A DNA stretch of 64,000 bases, taken from assembly GCA_051251855.1 (NCBI GenBank), contig JBPOGI010000001.1:288001-352000 (forward strand), in the 5' to 3' direction. The notes below the pieces were generated by a model. The model had not been told where the DNA came from, searched no databases, and saw only the letters and a list, made by a program, of their open reading frames with translations. Shown one piece after another: positions 45,712 through 56,900 of this stretch. The translations under genes were made by a program, and so were the position numbers. This stretch comes from Roseibacillus sp. Lineage in GTDB: Bacteria; Verrucomicrobiota; Verrucomicrobiia; Verrucomicrobiales; Akkermansiaceae. How positions within the stretch are numbered: position 1 is the first letter of the stretch; every line of letters starts with the position of its first letter.

Positions 45712-47459
45712 CCTAATTTGCGGCGGTGATAGAGAATGGATTCGGCGGAGACCAAGATAAGCGCGAGGGCAAGGAGCCACCATCCGAGGAGCTGTCCGCG
45801 CTCGAGAGGAACGTCGGATCCAGCCGGGCCGGAACCATCGAGGAGGGTTTCCTCGCTGCGCAAAAGGGAGACGCCAAAGAGCCTCTGCTCGGCTCCGAGT
45901 TGGAGTTTGTGAAGACCGGACTCTCTCACTTCGGCTTCGTTGGTCTGCGTGATTTTTTGAGAAGGATTGGTCCAGAGGGGCTCGCTTTCGCCGGTGGTCG
46001 GAAAGGGAATGCGGGAACCGACGGGGTAGACGGTGCGAAGGGAGGATTCTTCTCCGGTGAGGTTGCGAGCACCATCGTAGACGAGGACAGGGAACCAGGG
46101 GGAGAGGAAGAACTCGGCGGCCGGCGGGTCGAGGTTGACGATGAGAGCGCGTTGTCCTTCGTGGCGGGCCTTGTAAAGGAGAGGGACGCCGGTTTCGGAT
46201 TCGACGAGGACGACAGAGCCTTCGGGGGCGGTGAGCTGGCGAGCACCGGTAAAGTTGATGCCTTCGGCTTCGAGATGACGAAGGAGAGGATGGCCCTCGG
46301 CTTTGATAAGAGGGACGGGCGGTTCGAGAGTGTCGCCGAGGTCCTGCCACCAGACGGACTCTCCCTGCGGGCTGAAAACGATGAGCTGGTTGGCGGCGGT
46401 CTGGCCTTGGTCGGTGAGGATGACTTCGGCGGAGTCTGGCGAGGTCATCTGCAATCCACCAGCGCGAGAGAAGGCTTCGAGGCTGCGCTCGAAAAAGTAG
46501 GGCTGTTCCGAGGCGACGGCGACCCGGATGCGGCGTTGTTCGTTGAGTCCCATCACGACGCGGTTGTCGGCAGGGAGGGCATCTACGATTTCGAGTTCGG
46601 CGAGCCAGCTGCCAGGGACCATTTCGCCGATCTCGATGGTTTCGCCAGCGCTGGTGCCGGGTTGCAGATCGAGGGGGATGACCCTGAGGATGCGATTGCC
46701 ATTAGATTCTTTGAGGAGGAGTTCCGCGCTTTTGGCTTCGGGGAAAGAGGAGGCGACTTTATAGAAGAAGGAGACGACGCCTTCTTTGCCGGGAACCCAG
46801 TCGAGGTCGGCGGCTACGATGCCGGCGTTCTCACGGGGGCCGTCGAGGCGCAGGACTTCTACTTTTTCGCTGAGATTGTCTAAGCCGCCATTGCCATCGG
46901 TGATGAGGATGACGCGCGAGTTTTCGATTTGAGCGAGGCGGTTGAGATGTTCGAGAGAGGTTTCGGAAAGGGGAACGGGGGCGGGTTTCATGTCCTCGAT
47001 GGCATCGAGAAGGTCCTTGGGGCTATCGCTGAGGTGGCTGGCGAACTCGAGGCGATCCGCAAGTCCTGCTACGGCGAGGCGGCGGCTGCCATCGAGGGCT
47101 CGGACGATGTTAGAAGCTTCTTTTTTGGCTTCGTCAAAAACGGTTTCGCGGTCCTTGCTGGCGGCCATGGAGGGGCTGCGGTCGATGATGATGAGAAGGT
47201 CGCGGCCATCGTCGGATTGGAGCTTAGGGCGCGACATGGCCATGACAATGAGGGCGACGACCAGAGCCATGAGGAGGAGAGAGAGAATGTCGCGGAGGCG
47301 GCGAAAGAGGGCGCTGGCTGCTTTCTCTTGCAGAATTTTTTCCCAAAGAAAGTAGGCGTTGGTCGGCTTGCGACGAGGGCGGACCTTGAGGAAATAAATG
47401 AGAGCGAGAGGGATGAGCGCGAGCAATCCCCAAAGCAGGTTGGGTGCGAGAAAATTCAT
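45708..47459 (-). CDS. BatA-like N-terminal double-TM plus vWA domain protein
   Basis: MNFLAPNLLWGLLALIPLALIYFLK (BatA-like), IIDRSPSM MIDAS, VILITDG, C-terminal TM. Confidence 0.88.
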   Translation of the reverse strand: MNFLAPNLLWGLLALIPLALIYFLKVRPRRKPTNAYFLWEKILQEKAASALFRRLRDILSLLLMALVVALIVMAMSRPKLQSDDGRDLLIIIDRSPSMAASKDRETVFDEAKKEASNIVRALDGSRRLAVAGLADRLEFASHLSDSPKDLLDAIEDMKPAPVPLSETSLEHLNRLAQIENSRVILITDGNGGLDNLSEKVEVLRLDGPRENAGIVAADLDWVPGKEGVVSFFYKVASSFPEAKSAELLLKESNGNRILRVIPLDLQPGTSAGETIEIGEMVPGSWLAELEIVDALPADNRVVMGLNEQRRIRVAVASEQPYFFERSLEAFSRAGGLQMTSPDSAEVILTDQGQTAANQLIVFSPQGESVWWQDLGDTLEPPVPLIKAEGHPLLRHLEAEGINFTGARQLTAPEGSVVLVESETGVPLLYKARHEGQRALIVNLDPPAAEFFLSPWFPVLVYDGARNLTGEESSLRTVYPVGSRIPFPTTGESEPLWTNPSQKITQTNEAEVRESGLHKLQLGAEQRLFGVSLLRSEETLLDGSGPAGSDVPLERGQLLGWWLLALALILVSAESILYHRRKLG

Positions 47460-48343
47460 GCGACGAGGCCTCCCTTCCGCAGGATGCCTTGCACGACATC
47501 GTCAAAGGGGACTTCGTTGGTGGTAGCGGCGAGGCCGATGCCACGGCGGGCGCACTCCTTGCGGAGGTCTTCATTCCACTGGGTGATAGCTTCTTCGTAG
47601 GCTTGCGCTTCTTTTCTAGTAACTGTTAGGCGTTCGCGTTTGTTCGTTTCGATGCATTGCACTTCGACGTCGCCCTTCCAGTCACAGGTAAGGTCTGCTT
47701 GGTCGTGGACTTGAATGGCAAAGACATCGTGACCCAGGCCCGAGAGGCGCTTGAGTCCGCCTTCGAAGCCTTGGGGGAAGAGAAAGTCGGAAACGACGAT
47801 GACCATCCCCTTCTTGCGGTGGCGGGCTTGGAATTCGCGCACGCAAGCGGTGAAGTCTGTGTCTTCTCCAAAAGGCTCGGCGGCTTCGAGAGCGCGTAAC
47901 ATCGAGAAGACTTTGCCGCGGCCTCGGCCCGGATCCATGAGAGGTTTGAGCTTTTCGGCCATGCTGTAGATGGCGACGCGATCGAGGCAGTGGAGACCGA
48001 TGTAAGCCATGGCGGCAGTGAGCTCTTTGGCGGTTTGCAGCTTGCTGGCCATGGACTGGCTATTGTCAAAGAGGAGATAGATGGTGGCGTCTTCCTCCAA
48101 TTCAAAGAGCTTGATGACGAGTTGGTCGAAGCGGGCGTAGACGCGCCAATCGATGGCTCGAAAGTCATCGCCGAGCCGGTATTCGGCGTAATCGGCAAAG
48201 GTGATGCCGGTGCCTTTCTTGCGACTCTTGCGATCCGCTTGCAGAGTGCCTCCTAAGACTCGGCGAGCGAGTAAAAAGAGGGACTCAAGGCGTTGAATGA
48301 AGGCCGGGCTGGTGAGGCTGCCGGATGATGTGGGTTCGCTCAT
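47456..48343 (-). CDS. DUF58 (vWA-related) protein
   Basis: GTGITFADYAEYRLGDDFRAIDW, DNSQSM and VIVVSDF. Confidence 0.92.
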   Translation of the reverse strand: MSEPTSSGSLTSPAFIQRLESLFLLARRVLGGTLQADRKSRKKGTGITFADYAEYRLGDDFRAIDWRVYARFDQLVIKLFELEEDATIYLLFDNSQSMASKLQTAKELTAAMAYIGLHCLDRVAIYSMAEKLKPLMDPGRGRGKVFSMLRALEAAEPFGEDTDFTACVREFQARHRKKGMVIVVSDFLFPQGFEGGLKRLSGLGHDVFAIQVHDQADLTCDWKGDVEVQCIETNKRERLTVTRKEAQAYEEAITQWNEDLRKECARRGIGLAATTNEVPFDDVVQGILRKGGLVA

Positions 48344-48362
48344 AAGTGGGCGGTGGGACCGG

Positions 48363-49352
48363 CTAACTTGCGGACTTGATTGCGGAGAGAATCAGTTCGT
48401 CGGGCTGAATGCCTTCGGCTTCTCCCTCGAAGGAAAGAATGAGGCGATGGCGCATGGCGGGGAGGGCCGAGGCCTCGATGTCTTCGCGAGCGACGTGGTA
48501 GCGTCCATCTAACAGAGCGCGGGCTCGGGAGGCGGAAAGGATGGCTTGGGCGGCGCGGGGAGAGGCACCATGGCGGAGGTAGTTTTTCACCTTTTTGGGC
48601 GCCTTGTCGTTGTCGGGGTGGGTGTGACGCACGACTTTGACGAGGTAGTCTTGCACGCCAGCCTCGATAGGGATCTCGCGAAGAGTTTTTCCCATTTCGA
48701 TGAGCTGTGGCCCACTGGCGACGGCTGAAATCTCGGGTTGAGTCGAGCCGCCGGTACGATTGAGAATCTCGGAAAATTCGTCGTGGGAAGGGAGGGGGAC
48801 TTGAAGTTTGAAAAAGAAGCGGTCGAGTTGGGCCTCGGGGAGAGGGTAGGTGCCGTCGTTCTCGATAGGGTTCTGAGTGGCGAGCACAAAGAAGGGGGCG
48901 TCGAGAGTGTGGGTCTCGTTGGCGACGGTGACGCGCTTTTCCTGCATTGTTTCCAAGAGGGAACTTTGCGTTTTGGGGGTCGCTCGGTTGATTTCGTCAG
49001 CGAGGAGAATGTTGCAGAAGACGGGCCCTGGTTGGAATACTAGTTCGCGGCTCCCGTTCTTTTCGGCAAGGATTTGGGTGCCAACAACATCACTGGGTAG
49101 CAGGTCGGGGGTGAACTGGATGCGACCGAACTTGAGGTCGAGGGCCTTGGAGAGGGTGTTGACGAGAGCCGTTTTTCCCAATCCGGGAACGCCTTCTAAC
49201 AAGACGTGGCCACCGCAAAGAATCGCGATGAGCACGTTTTCAACGACCTCGTCTTGTCCCACTATGAACTTGCCCACTTCCTTGCGGATGAGAGTAAAGG
49301 TTTCCCTGAACTCCTTGGCCCTGCTTTCCATTCCGTTTTCTACTGTCGTCAT
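48363..49352 (-). CDS. moxR: MoxR-family AAA+ ATPase
   Basis: GHVLLEGVPGLGKT, RIQFTPDLLPSD, LLADEINRATPKTQSSLLE, ATQNPIENDGTYPLPEAQLDRF, GASPRA. Start placed at ATG 49352 to avoid overlap with the upstream gene. Confidence 0.95.
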   Translation of the reverse strand: MTTVENGMESRAKEFRETFTLIRKEVGKFIVGQDEVVENVLIAILCGGHVLLEGVPGLGKTALVNTLSKALDLKFGRIQFTPDLLPSDVVGTQILAEKNGSRELVFQPGPVFCNILLADEINRATPKTQSSLLETMQEKRVTVANETHTLDAPFFVLATQNPIENDGTYPLPEAQLDRFFFKLQVPLPSHDEFSEILNRTGGSTQPEISAVASGPQLIEMGKTLREIPIEAGVQDYLVKVVRHTHPDNDKAPKKVKNYLRHGASPRAAQAILSASRARALLDGRYHVAREDIEASALPAMRHRLILSFEGEAEGIQPDELILSAIKSAS

Positions 49353-49377
49353 CGTAATTGTTTCTGAAATTTGTTTC

Positions 49378-50958
49378 TTAGTTACCGCCTTGGTCTGCTT
49401 CGACCTCGTGGATGCGCTCGAAGTATTCACGCACCCCCAACTTCATTTCCTCGGGGACATCGTCGCGTGCGACAAAGCTCTCCATCTGGCGGGCGAAAGA
49501 GCGTTCTTGCACTGCGTTGCGTCGACCTGAAATTCCAGCGCCGCTGTCGGCATCTTCGACGGTGCTTTGGGAAGGGCCGCTGCCTTTTTGGCCTTTCAAG
49601 CGTTCGGCGGCCATTTCGGCTGGCATTTCGGTTTCGCCTTCGCGCCGGCGCTGGTCGGTGCCGACCCCAGGTTTGAGGCCGCCTTTGCCCAGCTGTAAGG
49701 ATTGGCCGCTGCCTGCCACGAAACCCTGACTTTTTCCGAGCTTTTGTCGCATCTTTCCGAGTTTGCCGCGCAGTTTTTTGCGGGCATCCAAGTTCTTCAT
49801 GCGTCCCATGAACTTGCCCATTGCTTCATCAAATTCTCCCATTTCGAATTCGCCTTCGATTTCCTGTAGGTCACCCATCTCTTCGTCGAATTCCTCGGCG
49901 GCTTGGTCGAGTTCATCTAGGAGGTCAGCGAGGTCTTGCATTTCCTTGCCGTTCGGTTCCCCGTTTTGGTTCATTTGATTGTTTTTACGGCCTTTGGCTC
50001 CGTTGGCCATGCGCTTGGTGGCTTCGCGAAGCTTCTCGAGCATCTTCTTACGCTCTTCCTCGGTGAGCTTGCGGCCTTCGGGATTCTTGGCGTTGGGTTT
50101 GAGCTTTTTGAGGTCCATGGCGGCCTCTTTGAATTCCTTGAGATCGAGCTTCTTTCCCAATTGACGAGCCGCGGCAAGGTCGGACTTGTCGAGTTCGGCT
50201 GCGGCGAGCTTGAGGGTTTCTTCGTCCTTGCGAGCTTCGAGGCCTTTCATGGCATTGGCGATTTTTTTCTCAAAGCGAGCGAGCTGGCGGAGGGCTTCCT
50301 TCTGATCTTCTGTTTCTTCGAGCTCTTTGACCCACTCTTTGAGCTGTTCGACATCGAGGGCGGCCTTCTCGTCCTCGTCGAGCTCTTCTAGCAGCTCTTC
50401 CACCGCTTCTTCGAGTTGTTCTTTGACGGTTGCGGTGCGTTCGAGCATCGCTTGGTCGGCGTCGAGCTGCGATTGCACTGCCTCGCTGTTAGGGAGGGTG
50501 GCCATCCAGATGGCGAGGGCGAGTCCACCCATAGAGAAAAAGGCGACTTTCCAAGGGGTGCGGATAGGAAGGGAGGAGACTTGCTGGTTTGCGAGTCGCT
50601 CCTCGATGGCCTTGCGTTGGAGCTCGAAGACTTCGCCTTCGCAGTTCTCTTCCTCGAACTGGATGGTGGAGGCGAGGCCGTCCTTGAGTCCGAAGTGCTG
50701 GTCTGCTTGTTCTGCGGCTTCGCGTCGGGAGAGGCTGCGCGCGAGGGTCCACATGGCTGCGATGAATAGAGCCCAGAAGGCGATGATAGGGTAGAAGCTC
50801 CAAGGAATTTGATAGCCCTTGATGCGCCAATAGACCGCATAGACGAGCATGGCGGCTACGGCTCCGGCGGAGCACCACAGGAGAGCGCGCAGCCCAGTGG
50901 CGAGGGTGCAACGTCGGCGAAAGGCGTCGAGGAATTGATGGGCAGGTGATGGGCTCAT
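49378..50958 (-). CDS. Membrane-anchored coiled-coil protein of the MoxR/vWA operon
   Basis: Three N-terminal hydrophobic segments, ADQHFGLKDGLAS, long E/K/Q coiled coil, Gly-rich linker, terminal DDVPEEMKLGVREYF. Confidence 0.82.
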   Translation of the reverse strand: MSPSPAHQFLDAFRRRCTLATGLRALLWCSAGAVAAMLVYAVYWRIKGYQIPWSFYPIIAFWALFIAAMWTLARSLSRREAAEQADQHFGLKDGLASTIQFEEENCEGEVFELQRKAIEERLANQQVSSLPIRTPWKVAFFSMGGLALAIWMATLPNSEAVQSQLDADQAMLERTATVKEQLEEAVEELLEELDEDEKAALDVEQLKEWVKELEETEDQKEALRQLARFEKKIANAMKGLEARKDEETLKLAAAELDKSDLAAARQLGKKLDLKEFKEAAMDLKKLKPNAKNPEGRKLTEEERKKMLEKLREATKRMANGAKGRKNNQMNQNGEPNGKEMQDLADLLDELDQAAEEFDEEMGDLQEIEGEFEMGEFDEAMGKFMGRMKNLDARKKLRGKLGKMRQKLGKSQGFVAGSGQSLQLGKGGLKPGVGTDQRRREGETEMPAEMAAERLKGQKGSGPSQSTVEDADSGAGISGRRNAVQERSFARQMESFVARDDVPEEMKLGVREYFERIHEVEADQGGN

Positions 50959-53900
50959 TGTTTAGCAGGCTCTTCTACTTTGTTCTCGGCGGGTTGCTTC
51001 TCGACCATCGCGGCGGGCTGTTCTTCGGCATCGGCAGTGGGTTTTTCCTCGACGTTGTGAGTGGGCTCCTCTTCGAGCTTCTTGGGAGGTTGTTCTTCGG
51101 CCTTCTTTGCGGGTTTTTCAACGCTCTCCTGGATTGGTTTCTCCTCGGTCTTATTGGCGCCTGCTTCTCTTTTCTTCTGCTTACTCTGTTGTCGCTTCTT
51201 AAGAAGGGAAGGGTAGTTGTCGATGCGTTTCTTTAAGGAAGCTCCTTCTTTCTCGGGGATGCTATCCCAGTCGATATCTTTAGCGAGTTCGATTGCAGTT
51301 TTGTAGCTCTTTATTTTATCGCCATAGACGGCGGCAAGCTCGGCACGGCCGAAGGCTTCCAATGGGTCTTCGGTGGCCGCCATTCGCTCGATAGATTTTT
51401 TGATCATGGCCAGGCCTCTTTCGCGTTCTTTATCGCGGTTACGGGCGACATAGACTCCAACATCCAGTAAAAATTGAGCCGCCTGAGGATGTTCAGGTGG
51501 GAGGCTGCCGTATGTCTTTTCATAATCCGCGAGGCTGATGACCTTTTTGCTGACCAGTCGGTAGGATGACAGGTGTTTGCCCATGAGAGTTTTGCTTCCA
51601 TAGGGGTCTTCTAGAATCTTGGCTGAGAAGTATTTACCGTAAGGGACATGACTCTTGCCCTGCCACCAACCATTGTCAGTCCATGTGTTGAGCATGGCCC
51701 TTGGATTCTCGAGCTGCTTTAAGTAGGCTGCTTGATCTGCCTCAGGGAGGGACTTAATCCATGTTTCGAATTCGGCCCCTTTTCCTGCAAAGATATGAAG
51801 GATAAGGGGGAAAGCCACGGCGCGAATGGCCAAGGAGTCGTTGTCAAACTTAGCCTTAGCAAGACCGAGATACCATTCTTTGGCCAGAGCGAGGGTGGCG
51901 TCTGAGATTGGGGTGTCGGGATTGTCAGCTCGGCCTTCGACATAGCCGGTGAAGACGGTCCAGAAGAACGTGTCTGCGGTCCGCTCGGCGTAGTAGCTGT
52001 GACGGTCCGTGGTGATAGATGCTGCGAGAGCCTTGAGATGCCGATCTATTGGGGCCAGGTCGCCGCGTTTAGCCATTTCCAGGGCATACTTGTCGAGAAT
52101 GTAGAGGAGGTTCTTCGAAGAAAGATCGCCGGGCATCCGGTCCTGCTCCATGGCCTGGGTATAGAGATAGCGTTGGCTGATAACTTCGAGCTCAGGTAGG
52201 AGTGGTGCAATGGTCTCGCTTTCCTCGAGGAAGGTCCTGAGGGTTTGCAGTCGCGCTTGTGGCACCTTGGGAGCCTTCTCTGCGAAATCATTCGCGAGAG
52301 CGAGAAGACGTTCCTTCTTGCTTGGCTTCGATTCCTTATCCTCATTGGAAAGGGAGGCAAGAAGACAGTGGATTCGATAGCGCTCCTGCTCGTTGGTAAT
52401 CAGGGGAAGCAGTTCCTCGACCGTTTTGGCAAGTTCGGGATTCCACTTTTGACTAGGCGGAAGGGTATAGAGAAGACCCGGAGTCGTGGGGAGGAGTTTG
52501 GCGAGGTCGGGCTTCCCCTGAGTGACAAGTCCTAACATGAGCTCTAGGTTGCCTCGCAGGCTATCCTTCGAAATAGCGAGAAGGGATTTTGTGACTTCGT
52601 AGTTTTCCAGCGCAATGCTGAGCTCGACGAGGCTTTGGGCGAATCTTGCTTCGTTGGAGTCTCGGCGGTTGTGGTTCTTGTTGGCAGCGATTTCCAAGAG
52701 GGCTTTGCTGCCCTTATCTAGGATCACATTCCAACGGTCGCGAGGAAGAGGGGTGGTTAACTTGTTGACCCCCGTGAGGAGTCTTCCGAAGGCGTTGGCA
52801 GGGAGGGAACGATTCTCGGCGAGATAACTCTCGAGGAGCTCGGTAATCGCGGCAATGCCCTCGGGGGAATCTGCAATGCGGGGCTCTTTGCTCAGGCTTG
52901 CTGAAACGATCTCGGTGCGGAGGCGAACTGTGATCTCGGGATCGGCGAGGACTTTACTCCAGACTTGGCGGGCCACGGGGTGAGCCTCGGGCTTGAGTTC
53001 GTCCCATGCACGGAGGGCGGTTAGGGTGCTGTTGCGAGCGAATTGAAGAGGGTGCCGCTCGGCGTAGTTGGTCTCTTCCATCCAGTCCCAATGTTTCTGG
53101 GCTTCGTCTCCCACATTCCAAGTTTGAGAGCTAGCTAGCCAAAGCAGCCAAACAGCGGTTTTGCGAACTTCGGGTTCTTCGTCGGCAAAGTTCTTCGCGA
53201 AGTCATTCCAGTGATATCGACTAAAGATTTCGGCTTCAACTCCCTTGAGGCCTTTGGGTTCTGGCTGTTTTCTCCAGAAGCGCGAGACGAGCTCTGAGAT
53301 GTCGTAGCGCTCGGCATGACCGATGCCAATGAGGGGTGCGTCGGGAAGGGTCTCGTAGGCTCTCTGGAAACGACTCCATTCGAGAAGGCTGATCGCGCTC
53401 GAGCTGCGGTCGGCATCGTCGAGAAGATCCTCGAAATGCTCGTCCTGTTCGGAGGCGATGGAACTCGAAGAGTTGATGCGGACGGTTTGTCCGAAGGCTC
53501 CACGGCGTTGCACTTTTGATTCTTTAGCAGCGGTTGCATAATATTCGGCTGCCAACTGAGGATCGAGAGGGATGAGCTTGAGGGTGTCGGCCCTGATCTG
53601 TCGGCCTCCTCGGTAGTCATGAATCTGTCCTTCAAACCCCTTTTCAATTTTTTTGCGAGCATTGGCAACAAGGTCTCCTTGCTCTTCTTGCCCAAGGAGA
53701 GTGAGTAGCTTTTGGGTATTAGGTTTGGGGTTGGGAACGCTGAGAGCTGGAAATAGGGTCTTCAAGATGTTGGCAATACCAGCCTGATCCTCGGGAGACA
53801 TCTTGAGCATTTTTCCTGCGACGCCTTCCAATTCGCCTGAGATTTGACCCTTCTCCTGGCCAAAGGTTGCGGCGGCCAAGCGATTTCGGAAGCGGCGGTT

Positions 53901-56900
53901 ACCTTGGGCTTTGGCCCATTTCTTACCTAGGGTAGTTCGCTCTTGATATTCTGCAGTCGCTTCGAGGATGACGTTCCAAGCGCATTTCTTTTCCTCTAGG
54001 TCAAGTGGCTGTCCCAGTTCGGCCCAAGAGAGATTCCAGAAGTTGATTTCTTGAAGGACTTTTTCTATTTCTTCAACAGAATCGCGCTTGAGGGTCCTTT
54101 CAATAGACTGTGCGATCTGGTATTCGTTGTTGTGAAGGAAAGGCTTGAACTCTGCGATAGCGAGAAGCTGTTCGAGATCCCATTTGGCATTGAAGAGCTT
54201 TTGGGCATAGTTGCGAATCAGGTAAACAATTGCATTGAGCTCTTGGTTTCTGAGCTGGTTCATTCGATTGAGTTTGACCCATTGGTCCCAGAGTTCGGGT
54301 GGACCAATGAGCTCGGTGAGAAAGCGGTTTAGGTGAGCCTGGAGTGTTTCTGGTCCTCCGACTTCTTCGTAGGCTTGGGCAAGAGAGATCAAGCTGCGAT
54401 CCGAGATGTCGTTATACTGCATGTTCTTAATGAGTATGCGGAAGAACTCTCGCTCCAGCGGATCGATACGCTCCAAGGGGGCGTTGTTGTAGGCGGCGAT
54501 GGTGAGGAAGTTGACGTATTGCTTGAGCTTCTCCTTACGTTCACCCTTCAACTGGTCACGCCATTCGGTCAAAGCTGCTTTTGAGGCTTCTTCCGATTCG
54601 GTGGCGAAGGAGCGAGCGAGAGCAAGAACTTTGCTTCTTTCTGAATCGACTTCGCTGAAGCGGGTGAATAGCTCGTTGGAGGCATCGTCCTTCATTTTGA
54701 CCATTGCCAAGCTCAGGTAGTCGGAGGGCGTCTTGCCAACATGCTGAGGTTCTCTCTGCGAAGAGTTCTGACCCATCGAGAAGCCCCAAGGATTATTGAG
54801 TATGTAATGGAGACGATGATCGGTAGAGGTGAAGTCGCGTTTGCTTGCCGCTGATGAGGCGGTGAAGGCGGCTTCTAACAATTCTTCTTCGGTCCATTGC
54901 AGGCCTTTTTGATAACCGTCCATGACCGAAAAAGCTTGGGAGGCGATTTGAGGGTGGGGGAGAGCTGCCAGTAAAAGGTCTCGCGTGATACGTACACGTT
55001 CCTGATGAAATTCACTGGGCTCGGATGAGTTCTCAGCCAAGCTAAGGGAAGATTTCTCGTCAAAGTTCCATTCCTCGAGAGCCCCCGCCGAGATGAGAGC
55101 AATATACCAAGAAAGGTTACGCGTGGCATCGGGGGCGGGATCGACCTTCTGCAAGTATTCAATACACAGAGAATAGCTATCGAGTTTGAGTTGGGCCTCT
55201 TCTTCGGTCTCAGCTTCGGAGACGTCGAAGGGATCGCTGGAGCGGCTATTGGCGAGTCCAACGACGAATGCACCGAAATCTTCGAGGGCCTCCGGGGTCA
55301 TCAGTTCACGCGCCTTAGACATCATTTCCTCGCGAGGGAGGAAGCGGGCTAGCTTGGCTTTGACTTCGTCGTCACTGGGCCTCTCTTCTGAGAGTGCCTT
55401 CAGGAGAGGGAGAGCGCGCTCGGCCTTGTTGAAGGCTGCGCAGAGCGAGACGTATTCCATCCGTCGGCTGTAGCTCTTCGTTTCGCCGGGATGGGCGAGG
55501 GTGAGGATTTCCTCGGTGAGGTTGCCTGCTTGGAGCTTTTCGACAAGTTGTTGGACCTCCCACTGGTTATGGGGGCTGCGGAGGAGGGGACGTAGGAGGC
55601 GAAGGCCTTCGCGGGAAGCCGCCTCTTTGTTTCCCTCACCGAGAGCTTTGGTAAGGCGAGGGCTCGTTCCCTGACTAGAGCTTCGGCTCCGTTGATTGGA
55701 AAGAGCTCCTCGGCGGAGGCGTGCGGTCTGCATTTGGGTCACAACATTGCTCAGGCCAAGTGAGGTCATAGGACCAGCGAGTAGTTTTTGTTCCTCGGCG
55801 GAGCGAGCACTGCGTCGGAGGCGTAATACTGCTCTTTGGGCGACCTCTAGCTCATCGAGGTCTGTTCCTTTTTGGGAGAGGGTTGAGCCCACTAGGGTTA
55901 GCTCTCCGTCGACGGCTTGGCGCTCATTCTTGTCCATGGGCAGGAAACGGGCTTTGGTGAGCAATTGGTAGCTCTTCGTTAGATCTTCCTTTTGGAACCA
56001 ATAGCCTGCTGCCGCGAGAACTTCTTTGGCATTCTGTGAAGTCTCGAAGGCTTGCAACTCCTTCTCAAGTTCTTCGGTATCTCCCGACCAGTGGCGAGCC
56101 AAGAGGCGTAGTTGGCCGGAGGAAAGACGGTGAAGTTCTGGGGCTAGCTTTTCGGGGGTCATGCTTTGGTCGCCTCCGCTGGTGCTGCCCTCAACCTTAC
56201 TTTGCTCAGCAAGACGTGCATCTCGAGCCTGGCGCCATTGGTCGAGAAAGGCATTACTTTCATTCTTTTGTTCGTTTGCGGAAGCGAAGGGAACGCTGAG
56301 GAGTTGCTGTAAAAACATCGGGAGTTCGGTCTGGACTCGTGGGAAGGTAGGGGGCTGCATGAGTCTCTGTGCATTCCTTCTTCCTGCTAAGGCGCTAGCG
56401 GGGTAAAAATGGCCATTGTAGAAAACCATACCCTTTTGGCCCTGAGCAAAGACGGCGTGTTCTTCCAGCAAACGATTGGTAAGGTTGACAAAGTCTTGCG
56501 CGCGGCCGGACTGCCATGCATCAGCAACCAGGCTGGTGAACCATGGGGTGACGGCTAGGGCTGTTTCTTGATCCTTTGGCTGGGCTCCGACGGGGATTTT
56601 CTCGAGTTCGGCCAAAAGCTTGCTCCGTAAGAGCTCCTTGGTGGCTTGGTCGGTGGTCACGGTTTGCTGTCCTCCGTAGTATTGGTAGGGATTCCGGACG
56701 GGGGCAAACACTCGTGCGGCGAGGCCGTTGAAGTTATCTCGTCGTTCGGAAGGCTCGAACTTTTCGATGAGAGCAAGCTTTTGAGCAATGATCTGACTTG
56801 TGGAAAATTTGGAGTCGCGATTGAGGAGCGCAGTGAGAGCGCTATTGGCTGCTTCCGGATTCGTTTCCTTGAGCTCGGTTGCTGCTTGCTCTAAATGCTG

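Noticed and set aside
45712..46350. 213-aa Arg/Pro-rich N-terminal extension of the 1048-aa ORF
   Set aside because: It lies inside the BatA-vWA gene in another frame; the ATG at 45711 gives a coupled start with a proper TM N-terminus.
43294..50794. Long plus-strand ORFs (e.g. 44635..45633, 45726..46883) antisense to the MoxR operon
   Set aside because: Expected antisense shadows of GC-rich genes with biased codons; no motifs.
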